Assembly (NCBI GenBank): GCA_011364925.1
Contig: RDOA01000050.1
Span: 1 to 26,775 of the forward strand
DNA length: 26,775 nucleotides
Direction: 5' to 3'
Source of the DNA: Promethearchaeota archaeon
Lineage (GTDB): Archaea > Asgardarchaeota > Lokiarchaeia > Sigyniarchaeales > SOKP01
In this document: piece by piece, positions 6,758 to 15,641 of the stretch
How the letters are laid out: each line of letters opens with the position of its first letter
How positions within the stretch are numbered: the first letter of the stretch is position 1
Position numbers and translations under genes: made by a program
Notes under the pieces: model-generated
What the model saw: only the letters and a program-made list of their open reading frames with translations
What the model was told of the DNA's origin: nothing
Databases searched by the model: none

Positions 6758-7730
6758 TTCTTTTTCCCTCATCTTTATCTATTATATCTAAAAACACATC
6801 TTGAAGGCTTGATTCGGGCTGATAAAAGGATTTTAGAATTAGTCCCTTTTCAACGATTAATTTAGGTATTTCTTTTTGAAATTGTTCGATGTCACCAGTG
6901 TTTACATAAATACTTTTCTCTTTTTCATCAATCCAAGCATTAGTAATGATTTCTAACCCTTTAATCAAGGATAAGAATACTTCATTAGCGTTAGTATCGA
7001 TTACATAAAGATTAGTGGATTTCGAGAACCATTTTTTCGCATTTTGGACGGAATCAGTTAAAATTATTCTACCCTTATTAATGATGGTGACTTTATCACA
7101 CATTTGTTCAACTTCAGAAAGAACATGACTTGAAACAAAAATACTCATGTTTTTGGAGATTTTTCGCACGTAATCAATTATTTTTTTTCTTACTAAGGGA
7201 TCTAAGTTGCTAGTGGGTTCATCTAAAATCAAGAGCTGCGGGTCGTGTATAAGTCCCGCTGCTAATCCAATTTTTTGTTTCATACCCATAGAATAAGTTT
7301 TTATTTTCCGATCTTTATCTTCCGTTAAATCAAAAAATTTTAGTAATTCAAGAGCCTTTTGTTCTGCTATACTTTTTGGAATCAAGTTCAAGCGTGCTAA
7401 ATAAGTCAAATATTCTAACCCTGAAAGTTTTTCGTAAAATGCAGGGTCTTGAGGAAGAAAACCAATAAATTTCCTAGCTTCTTTAGTACCCGCCTTTTTA
7501 CTTTTTAGATAAGCAGTTCCTTCCGTTATTGAAATGGCTCCAATTAACATGTTAATTGTTGAAGTCTTTCCTGCACCATTTGGACCTAAAAACCCATGGA
7601 CTCCTGATTCCATCGTGAAATCAATTCCTCTAACTGCAACAACTTTTTTTTCCCCAGTTCCGTATACTTTTGTGAGGTTATTGGTCCAAATATAATAATC
7701 GTCACGATTATCAAGGGGTGTGGAGTTCAT
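6741..7730 (-). CDS. ABC-2 type exporter ATP-binding protein
   Basis: Walker A GPNGAGKT, signature YSMGMKQ, Walker B LLILDEP, H-loop SSH. Confidence 0.95.
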   Translation of the reverse strand: MNSTPLDNRDDYYIWTNNLTKVYGTGEKKVVAVRGIDFTMESGVHGFLGPNGAGKTSTINMLIGAISITEGTAYLKSKKAGTKEARKFIGFLPQDPAFYEKLSGLEYLTYLARLNLIPKSIAEQKALELLKFFDLTEDKDRKIKTYSMGMKQKIGLAAGLIHDPQLLILDEPTSNLDPLVRKKIIDYVRKISKNMSIFVSSHVLSEVEQMCDKVTIINKGRIILTDSVQNAKKWFSKSTNLYVIDTNANEVFLSLIKGLEIITNAWIDEKEKSIYVNTGDIEQFQKEIPKLIVEKGLILKSFYQPESSLQDVFLDIIDKDEGKRNGFQK

Positions 7731-7802
7731 GGTGATAACATCAACCGGATTTCTTAAATAGGAGATTATCTATATTATTCAAGATCATAAGATTGCTTGA
7801 CT

Positions 7803-7867
7803 ATAAACTAGTTTATTTAGCTTAGCTTTATAAATCTTTCCCCCTAACGAGATATACTTCGAGATAT
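7803..7867 (-). promoter_or_regulatory. ABC operon promoter: BRE/TATA with palindromic operator and upstream direct repeat
   Basis: Minus strand GGGAAAGA followed by TTTATAAA (7834-7827). Perfect palindrome ATAAACTAGTTTAT (7803-7816). CGAGATAT twice (7848-7855, 7860-7867). Confidence 0.55.
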
Positions 7868-7924
7868 TCAAAAGAACTCTACTAACAAAATTTCCATCAA
7901 GATTCGTTAAGAAATAGCAGTTTG

Positions 7925-9103
7925 TTAAGAACTACTTTGCTTCTGATGTTCTTTAACGAGTTTTATCAAGTCCGCTTTTCTATATGAAGAGAGCACTTCA
8001 ATGCTGTTTTCATTGCAATATTCCTGAAGTTGTTCTACAGTCCACTTGTCATAATCAATCCACTTATCGACACTTTTTTGAGGGGATCCCTTTAAAATGA
8101 GGTCAATGATTTGCGCTTTCCTATAAGACGACGGAACATGAATATTATTTTTTTTACAGAATAATTTTAAATTACTCACCGTCCAGGTGCTATAGTCAAT
8201 TTCATCTTTTATTTCACTCACTTTTCTCACAAGTTTAGGCGCTGATAGGTTCTGGAGTATTTCAATTCCCTCAATTTTTCCCGTGGTATCGTTGGTATAC
8301 AGTCTAATTGTTCTATCGACAAGTTCAATTGGTCCTTTTGGAATTGAGTTCACAGGCTCCCATTTGGTTTCTTCTACTTCTTCTCCAAACACTTTTGTTG
8401 TTTTGACTGCTGCTCCATATAATTGGAAGGTTCCTATAAGCAAATTCTGCCGTTTGAAATTATCAGGAACTTCATTATTCACGATTTTCTCGATTAAATG
8501 TTTATTGTTAGCTTTAGGAGATATAGTAGGTGTAGTATCCAGAGTTGATATTGTAGATATGGAAGGTTGTTTTGGTTCCGATGAAATTTCCTTGTCCACT
8601 TTTCTTCTAATTGCTGGAGGTTCAACTATATCATCAATAATAGGAGGAGGACCGTTCCACGTGTGGATTTCTTTGTCGCTAATCTCAGCTACTTCTCTAA
8701 TCGTAGTCGCGTGTATCTGTTTAAACTCGTCAGAATCCCTATCTATGAATTTAGGGGGTTCAACCGCAGTGAATCCAAAAGCTCTCATAAATTCATCGGG
8801 TTCGTCTCCTTGATCGATGGATATGATCTTACAACGATGAAAGTGCGCTTTATTTACCAAATTGTTTTGTAATTCTGCAGCGATGCGAGACGAGATGAAT
8901 TTTTTCCTTACATGGGAGTTTACTCCTTTCCATATGAATATTCTTCTTAAATCTTCTTTGACGATCACTAAAACCTGATTAGAATCTAACACATTTTGAC
9001 CATTCTCAGCACGAAATTCATCTTCAGTTAAGTTTAAGTTAACTTTTTCTCCAGTGCTTTCCAAACCATAGACCATGAAGTTCTCGTAAGTTTCAGCCAT
9101 CAT
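7925..9103 (-). CDS. Asgard gelsolin-like protein (gelsolin domain + linker + X-like domain) with two C-terminal helix-extension-helix (Rho_N/SAP/LEM-like) repeats
   Basis: LDSNQVLVIV...IFIWKG..S..RKKF......A...IDQGDEPDEF matches the gelsolin/villin core pattern. Followed by a Pro/Ser/Thr linker, a beta-rich domain, and two IDY..WTV..L...C..N.I.V.SSYRKA..I.L repeats. Confidence 0.8.
   Translation of the reverse strand: MMAETYENFMVYGLESTGEKVNLNLTEDEFRAENGQNVLDSNQVLVIVKEDLRRIFIWKGVNSHVRKKFISSRIAAELQNNLVNKAHFHRCKIISIDQGDEPDEFMRAFGFTAVEPPKFIDRDSDEFKQIHATTIREVAEISDKEIHTWNGPPPIIDDIVEPPAIRRKVDKEISSEPKQPSISTISTLDTTPTISPKANNKHLIEKIVNNEVPDNFKRQNLLIGTFQLYGAAVKTTKVFGEEVEETKWEPVNSIPKGPIELVDRTIRLYTNDTTGKIEGIEILQNLSAPKLVRKVSEIKDEIDYSTWTVSNLKLFCKKNNIHVPSSYRKAQIIDLILKGSPQKSVDKWIDYDKWTVEQLQEYCNENSIEVLSSYRKADLIKLVKEHQKQSSS
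7949..8200 (-). repeat. Two 37-aa tandem repeats (8090-8200 and 7949-8059)
   Basis: IDYSTWTVSNLKLFCKKNNIHVPSSYRKAQIIDLILK versus IDYDKWTVEQLQEYCNENSIEVLSSYRKADLIKLVKE. Confidence 0.85.
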
Positions 9104-9387
9104 TAATTACGATCCTTTTTTTTAGTTTAAAAATAAGTATACTCCTACGAATTATGTAATTACAATCTCTAAGTGGGTTTGATCAATAAAACTTTTTCTT
9201 TTTCTTATACATAAAGCATCGAGTAGTTCCATTTAAAACTTTTGAGATTGGTGAATTGTGAGTGATGAGGATATGCTCTATTTTTTAGGATAGTTTAATA
9301 GCTAATATCTATTTTATTCGTTAACCTTAGGGGATATTGTAATAGATTACTCTGATCTTAATTAAAAATTGAAACTTGAACTGAATT

Positions 9388-10617
9388 ATGGCTGAGAACA
9401 ATAATAGAAAAATCTTCAAATATCGAATATTAACGCCTTTATGGATTGCGATATTTATTGATGTCCTTGGGTTCTCAATTCTTTTTCCGATGGTTGGTTA
9501 TTTTGCTGATCTTTTTCAAACCTCTCAGACTATAATTGGTTTAGTATTTTCTGTGAATGCGATGTTTGGTTTTGTTTTCGGTTATGCTTTATCGAAACTC
9601 AGTGATAAGTTTGGAAGGAAACCATTATTGATAATATCTCAATTTGGAACCTTATTGGCTTTTTTCCTCACTGCTTTCTCAAGCACACTATGGATGTTGA
9701 TCGTATCAAGAATCGTTGATGGGGTATTTGGAGGGAACTTTCCAATCGCTAAAGCCATTGTTAGCGATGAAGTTCCACCAAAAGATAGAGGAATTCAGAT
9801 GGCTAATGTTGGAATAGCTCATGTATTAGCCTCCTTGATTGGTCCTGCAATTGGTGGATTTACATTTACTTTTTTTGGTATTTTAGGTCCAGGCTTGTTT
9901 GCAGCTGGTTTAACAGTGATAACAATTGTTGTAACTTTTTCTATGCTAAAAGAAACATGGCCTAAGGAAAAACGTCTTCACTACGAAAAAAGTAAATCGA
10001 TTGTTGAGATAAAGATTCGAAAAAACAAGAATGCTCTTTTCATGTTGCTTCTTTGGGGCTTTCATACTGTGTCTTTTACCATAGTAATGTCCTCCATATC
10101 GTTTTTTAGTGCAAGCGTGTTACATTTAGACCCTATTGAAGTTTCGATAATGTTTATGATATCAGGAATCTTTAGAGCAGGGATTAGGTTTACTTTATTT
10201 AAACCAACTATTAAGAAACTTGGTGAAAGTAACGCTATAAGATTAGGATTAGTAATGTTTTTCGTAAGTTTCTTTATTATTGGTTTTTCTAATGATATAG
10301 TGATGATTTTAGTTATATTTATGTTTATTAGCTTTGCAGCCTCTTTAACTCGCGGTCCTATGAACAGTAAAATTAGTCAAACAGCCTCTCCAAAAGCGCA
10401 AGGTAAAATTAACGGGCTTTCTTCTGCGCTAGACAGCATCGCTCAAATAATTGGTCCTTTAGCTGGTGCATTTGTTCTTGATACTTTACCACCATATTGG
10501 TTGGGGATAATTGTAGCGATGATTGCTTTACCAGCGATGATAATGTCTTTTAAAAAGATTGAAGAGAAAAGATACGATCCTACTTCAAATTTAATGCAAA
10601 TTCCTATTGAAAAGTAA
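9388..10617 (+). CDS. MFS transporter, TetA/DHA1-like
   Basis: About 12 TM segments, motif A (LSDKFGRKP), SRIVDGVFGG and IGPAIGG. Confidence 0.92.
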   Translation: MAENNNRKIFKYRILTPLWIAIFIDVLGFSILFPMVGYFADLFQTSQTIIGLVFSVNAMFGFVFGYALSKLSDKFGRKPLLIISQFGTLLAFFLTAFSSTLWMLIVSRIVDGVFGGNFPIAKAIVSDEVPPKDRGIQMANVGIAHVLASLIGPAIGGFTFTFFGILGPGLFAAGLTVITIVVTFSMLKETWPKEKRLHYEKSKSIVEIKIRKNKNALFMLLLWGFHTVSFTIVMSSISFFSASVLHLDPIEVSIMFMISGIFRAGIRFTLFKPTIKKLGESNAIRLGLVMFFVSFFIIGFSNDIVMILVIFMFISFAASLTRGPMNSKISQTASPKAQGKINGLSSALDSIAQIIGPLAGAFVLDTLPPYWLGIIVAMIALPAMIMSFKKIEEKRYDPTSNLMQIPIEK

Positions 10618-10635
10618 GAAAAAAAGAGAAAAAGA

Positions 10636-11472
10636 CTATTTTTTTAAGAAATCTATTATCTTTTGATTCACTTCTGGAGCTCTTTCTTTTGGAGATTCGT
10701 GTCCTGCTTTATCGATAACTACAAGAGTGCTATTAGGAATTTTCTCGTGAATTCCTTCCATTGAAATTTTGGGAGTAAGTTTATCGTTAGAAGCAGTCAG
10801 TAGTAAAGTTGGGCATTTAATCGTGCTCAGCCTGTCAAAAGTATCGTGAGTTTTTAGCGCTTCAGCTTGCAAATTAATATCTTTTTCCGTTGGAGGGTCA
10901 ATCTTGCTCATCTCTATGAGATCCTCTGCAGACCAGAGATCATACCACTTTTTAGAAGGATTTGCTTCCATCTCTTTCCTAAATTTCATGTAGAAACTAG
11001 AGCGAGTGCTATCCCAAAATGCTTTAGCGGGATCGACCTTTTTCATTTCTAATTCGCTTAAGCGCATATTTTTATAAACTGTAGGTCCTCCCTCGTCAGG
11101 AAACCCATAATTGGTATTAATTAATATGAGTTTATTTACTCTTTCAGGGTACTTAAGAACAAAATTCTGTACAATCATACCTCCAAGGCTCCAACCGGCA
11201 ATATTTGCTTTTTCAATCCCTAAATGCTCCATAAGAGCGTTAATATCGTCAGCGAATATTTCCATTGTATATTCAGCATCGGGTCTTTCTGATTTTCCTG
11301 CTCCACGATTATCTAACGTAATAACCTTGAAATGCTTAGATAATACTGGTACTTGGGCCATCCAAGTTTCCTTCTTAACGCCAAAACCATGTATTAAAAA
11401 CAGAGGTTCGCCTTCTCCGTGAATTTCATAACAAAGTTTCACTCCATTTACTTTGGCATATTGTTCTGTCAT
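10636..11472 (-). CDS. Alpha/beta hydrolase (PcaD/enol-lactonase-like)
   Basis: LIHG, DNRGAGKS, nucleophile elbow GWSLGG, Asp (NDKLTP) and His (AGHES). ATG at 11472 follows GTGA (the track starts at GTG 11481). Confidence 0.92.
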   Translation of the reverse strand: MTEQYAKVNGVKLCYEIHGEGEPLFLIHGFGVKKETWMAQVPVLSKHFKVITLDNRGAGKSERPDAEYTMEIFADDINALMEHLGIEKANIAGWSLGGMIVQNFVLKYPERVNKLILINTNYGFPDEGGPTVYKNMRLSELEMKKVDPAKAFWDSTRSSFYMKFRKEMEANPSKKWYDLWSAEDLIEMSKIDPPTEKDINLQAEALKTHDTFDRLSTIKCPTLLLTASNDKLTPKISMEGIHEKIPNSTLVVIDKAGHESPKERAPEVNQKIIDFLKK

Positions 11473-11559
11473 TTTAATCACATTATTTCTAGGTACTAAT
11501 TAAATTAACAAGGTTTCAGTGTTATTTAAGATTTCTTCTTAAAATTTAAAATTTGAGAA

Positions 11560-12396
11560 TTATTGCTTTAAAAAATTAAGGACTTCTGAAATAAAGTCTG
11601 GAGCCTCTTCTAGCATAAAAAAGTGGCTACTTTTAAACATGACCAATTCGCTTGTGGGTATCTTTTCGTTTAATAACTCACACGAAGATGCTGATATAAT
11701 CCGATCTTTTACAGCAGTTAATATAAGAGTAGCGTTTTTAATATTTACTAAACAATCTACGGTATTATGGGTTGTGATTGCATAGATTTGATTGAGTATG
11801 TCTTGTGGTTTCGATGTTCCTTTCGTTGCCTCGAGGTGCATTAAATCTTCAGCAGTGAACATGTCATGATGTAATTTTTGTGGATTTTGATTCATATCCT
11901 TGAAGAAATTACGACTAAACCGTTGTTTCATTTTAACCCAAAAAGCATTCTCAGGATTTTTAACTTTCGCGTCATAAAACGAAAGTTGACTTCTTTGATA
12001 CATGTCTAACCCTGATTTATCCAAAGGAATGTTAGCAAAAGTACTCATCAATATCAACTTGTTCAGATGTTCTGGGTGTTTTAACGCAAATTGTTGAGCC
12101 ACCATACCCCCAAATGAATGACCGCCTACATGAGCTCTCTCGATATCTAAATAATTTAATAGCGATTTGACATCATCAGCTAACGTCTCCATACTATAGG
12201 TTTCAGAGGGATGATCTGAACAACCACAACCCCGAAGATCAAGAGTAATCACCTTGAATTTTTTGGAAAACTCTTGAGAATGCCATTTCCAGAATTCTTT
12301 ATACATCGCAAAACCATGCAATAAAACTAACGGATACCCTTCTCCTTGGACTTGAAAGCAGATTTTAACACCATTTATATTGGCAAAATCCTCCAT
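11560..12396 (-). CDS. Alpha/beta hydrolase, tandem paralogue of the downstream gene
   Basis: LLHG, DLRGCGCS, GHSFGG, KDRII and SHF; aligns along its full length with 10636..11472. Confidence 0.92.
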   Translation of the reverse strand: MEDFANINGVKICFQVQGEGYPLVLLHGFAMYKEFWKWHSQEFSKKFKVITLDLRGCGCSDHPSETYSMETLADDVKSLLNYLDIERAHVGGHSFGGMVAQQFALKHPEHLNKLILMSTFANIPLDKSGLDMYQRSQLSFYDAKVKNPENAFWVKMKQRFSRNFFKDMNQNPQKLHHDMFTAEDLMHLEATKGTSKPQDILNQIYAITTHNTVDCLVNIKNATLILTAVKDRIISASSCELLNEKIPTSELVMFKSSHFFMLEEAPDFISEVLNFLKQ

Positions 12397-12493
12397 AATT
12401 ATAATAGGAACAAAATGAAAATAAGCTTATTCATAAACATTTATCTAACTTTTAACTTTATACATGTTATACTAACATTGTGGTTATTTTTTT

Positions 12494-13255
12494 ATGATTG
12501 AGAAAAAGGTTTTAATTCCTAATGCAGAAAGAAACGAGCTCCACGGTGTATTTTACTTTACTCAAGAAGAAGACTCACTTGAAAAAGCTCCTATTCTGAT
12601 TATGTGTCACGGTTTTACAGGTGATAAGTCTGAGTGGGGGCGCTTTCCTGAGACCGCAAAGGCATTAAATAGAGAGGGTTATGATGCGTTAATATTTGAT
12701 TTTTCTGGGTCCGGTGAAAATAAAAGGGAACTGATAAATTTAACTAAGCAAGCCAATGATCTAGAAAGTGTGTATAATTGGGTTAAAAGTAAAGGTTATA
12801 CGAGAATTGCAGTATTGGGGCTCTCGTTTGGTGGACTTACTACAATAAAAGCAAATTTACAAGGACTTAAAACTGAGGTATTATGGGCACCTCCATTATT
12901 GCTCCATTCGACAGAAGACCAAGTTGATTGGTTTAAAGACATAGATAAGGGACCTGTAGAAATTCCTTCGTCTGGAGATTACGATCCAATTATTATCGAT
13001 ATGAGTTTTGTTATGGATGTGGCTAATTTTCGAATTAGGCCCGCGTTGAAGAAACATATTACCCCAACTCTAGTGGTTCAAGGTACCGCCGATGAGCAAG
13101 TTCCATTTGAATTAAACAAGAAAGCTTTTAGTTTGATGCCTCAAGATGACGATCATAAATTTATAGCAGTTCAAGGCGCAACTCACGATTTTGAAGCGGA
13201 ACATTTACAAATATTTATAAAAGAAACGATTAGTTGGTTAAAAAAATATTTCTAA
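12494..13255 (+). CDS. Alpha/beta hydrolase (esterase / serine aminopeptidase S33-like)
   Basis: CHGFTG, FDFSGSGE, GLSFGG, QGTADEQVP and GATHDF. Confidence 0.92.
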   Translation: MIEKKVLIPNAERNELHGVFYFTQEEDSLEKAPILIMCHGFTGDKSEWGRFPETAKALNREGYDALIFDFSGSGENKRELINLTKQANDLESVYNWVKSKGYTRIAVLGLSFGGLTTIKANLQGLKTEVLWAPPLLLHSTEDQVDWFKDIDKGPVEIPSSGDYDPIIIDMSFVMDVANFRIRPALKKHITPTLVVQGTADEQVPFELNKKAFSLMPQDDDHKFIAVQGATHDFEAEHLQIFIKETISWLKKYF

Positions 13256-13262
13256 AACAGAA

Positions 13263-15617
13263 CTAAGTTTTACTTTTAACAACTCTAGGTACATCTAACT
13301 TTAGCATTTTAAAGTTGTCTACCAAGCTTTCATAGCATTTGTCAGTAACAATAAATTTACCAACTGTTTTAGAGAGTATTTGAGAGTTATAGATTTTGTC
13401 AATGTGATTTAATATCATTTTTCCATAATAATTATTAGAGAGATCGTAAATATCGTAAGAATTGTCGTTGATTTTGATTATTTTACATTCGATAAGCTGT
13501 TGTTTTAACATATGAATAATTTTTACAGTCCATTTTTTAAAAGTAGGAAACTTTTTCAGCGTTTTTAAGTCAATTGATTCCAATTGATTGTTTTTAATTA
13601 GTTCGCTCAGCTTTAAAGATACGAATTTTTTGAAGTCTAACTTCAGTTCTTGAAGCGATTGTTTTTTTAAAGAATTGTTTTTAAACTCCTTTAGATAAAG
13701 CGGATTAGTGAATATTTTTGAATGACGTTCAAAACCAATTATTCTCAGCACTTTGTTTTGATAATTCGGAGTTTGTATTATTTTCAAATAAGTTTTGTTT
13801 AGTTCTTTTAGAATTTTTCTTTGTATAAAATCACTAAAGTATTTGCGGACATTATCCTTTTTTGGTAAAAAGCTGGTTTTCAACCGATTCTCTATTTTAT
13901 CGTATGCGTCAAGTTCGTCAACCTGATATTCCTTTAATTCGGTGATAATCTCGAACGGGATATAAGTTGAAACAAATTCTATTCCTTCCCATACTAGCTC
14001 AATCGCTGTTGTAATGTTGATTCTTCTTAAAGGTCTAACAATTTTAATATTTCCTGCTTTTATTGCGATCGGAGTTTTCTTGCACAAGATCAAATCAAAT
14101 GGCTTGATTTCATGTGTTAAAGGGTGATTGTTATCAGGAATTATAAACCCATCGGAAAATTGACTAATGTAACTACCAAGGATAGGTCTCTGGGCTAAAT
14201 CCCACTCAATTAAAGTGAATTGGTCAAGTTCACTAAGATTTACTTTGAAATCTAAGTCTACAACATTATCGGTATAAACTGTGTTTTTAATTTTTGGATT
14301 CTCTTGATCCCAAAATTGTTTAACTAAGTTTGTAATTGGATTGTTTCCATCAAAAATTTGGTTAAAAACTGGGAAATTTTCTAAAAAGTAGCTCTGTTCA
14401 AGATATTCTAAGTGATGCCTTTCAATACCACATTTCTCCAAAATGTAATAATAAAGCGGTGTCTCTGAACGAGAAGAAGAAGCCCATATTAATTTAGGGT
14501 AGTTGTATTTATAGCTGAATTTGATTTGTTTTAGCTTATCCGATTGTGTGTTAGCGATAACGAGTGACCTAAGAAAAGCGTGCTTTTGCTTAAGGCCTTC
14601 TTTGTAAAGCTCTTTCAATCTTTCCTTGTGGATACCAATCTGCGAATAAATCGTACTATTACTTGAAAAGTTACAATTCCTTGCTAAAGCTAAATAACCA
14701 TCCATGTTATCTTCTGATTCCATGTTTAAAATCGCTTCATTGACACTGTCTAACATTAACTCTGTGATCTGTTCTTTTAAGTTCACTTTTGTATTTCTTG
14801 GGAGATCCTTGAAGAATTCATCTAAATATACCCCAGACGAGAACTTATGAAGCAATAAATATCTCAGAATAGGATTTTCTATTATTGATACATCTGTTTT
14901 TTTTATCAAACCAACAACATCATCCTTCGGAAAATCGAACAATAGATTTTGTAAGTTGAGAATTGTGTTAACTTTTCGATAGAGTTCATATTCCCTTATA
15001 CTTTTGAATGTTGAGTTTAAAAGTTCAGGAAAATTCGAAATATAACCTCTTATTTCTTTAAATCTTACAGCGTATTTTAGAAATTGATCATAGAGTTTGA
15101 ACTTGAGAGATATATCTGCTATTTTTTTAATGTAGTCTATGTTGTTAGATTCTTGATGAGCTTGTTCTAGGAAACTAATCGCCTCGTAATATTTGGTGTC
15201 TCGAATTAACTCTTCTGCCTTTACGATGTAATTTTCTGTTTTACTTTGTTTAATTAGGTTAAAATTCGAGGAGAAATTTATTAACCGAACATCCTTACAC
15301 ACTGTTTCGCAAACATCTGGTTCGAGTAGAAGCAAAACTTTTACAATATGCTTACAAAATTTGGTATTCTTTTTAAAATCAGGACAGTCATGAACGATGT
15401 TAACGCGCTGCTCGTCTTGAAATATGTTTACCACATATTTTGAATTGCTTGAACCTTGGATATTAGCTAACACTTTAATGCTCGGAGTTTTTACGGCGCT
15501 AAAATTAATGATATTTCTGTTTGGTATGTTCTTTCCTCGATTGAATCTAGCTCCTAATACATGCCTTTTGAACAATTCTCCATTCTCAATATAATTCTTA
15601 AACTCGATTCTTTTCAC
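13263..15617 (-). CDS. SWIM zinc-finger domain protein (large, C-terminal part unassigned)
   Basis: IQGS....YVVNI...HDCPDF......CKHIVKVLL is a SWIM-like finger with His as first ligand. Third gene of the MoxR/VWA operon. Confidence 0.75.
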   Translation of the reverse strand: MKRIEFKNYIENGELFKRHVLGARFNRGKNIPNRNIINFSAVKTPSIKVLANIQGSSNSKYVVNIFQDEQRVNIVHDCPDFKKNTKFCKHIVKVLLLLEPDVCETVCKDVRLINFSSNFNLIKQSKTENYIVKAEELIRDTKYYEAISFLEQAHQESNNIDYIKKIADISLKFKLYDQFLKYAVRFKEIRGYISNFPELLNSTFKSIREYELYRKVNTILNLQNLLFDFPKDDVVGLIKKTDVSIIENPILRYLLLHKFSSGVYLDEFFKDLPRNTKVNLKEQITELMLDSVNEAILNMESEDNMDGYLALARNCNFSSNSTIYSQIGIHKERLKELYKEGLKQKHAFLRSLVIANTQSDKLKQIKFSYKYNYPKLIWASSSRSETPLYYYILEKCGIERHHLEYLEQSYFLENFPVFNQIFDGNNPITNLVKQFWDQENPKIKNTVYTDNVVDLDFKVNLSELDQFTLIEWDLAQRPILGSYISQFSDGFIIPDNNHPLTHEIKPFDLILCKKTPIAIKAGNIKIVRPLRRINITTAIELVWEGIEFVSTYIPFEIITELKEYQVDELDAYDKIENRLKTSFLPKKDNVRKYFSDFIQRKILKELNKTYLKIIQTPNYQNKVLRIIGFERHSKIFTNPLYLKEFKNNSLKKQSLQELKLDFKKFVSLKLSELIKNNQLESIDLKTLKKFPTFKKWTVKIIHMLKQQLIECKIIKINDNSYDIYDLSNNYYGKMILNHIDKIYNSQILSKTVGKFIVTDKCYESLVDNFKMLKLDVPRVVKSKT

Positions 15618-15641
15618 ACCGATTTAAAAAGTAAATAATAT

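Noticed and set aside
8283-8872. Plus-strand ORFs 8283..8813 and 8663..8872
   Set aside because: Antisense shadows of the gelsolin-like gene with Ser/Ile-rich, non-protein-like composition.
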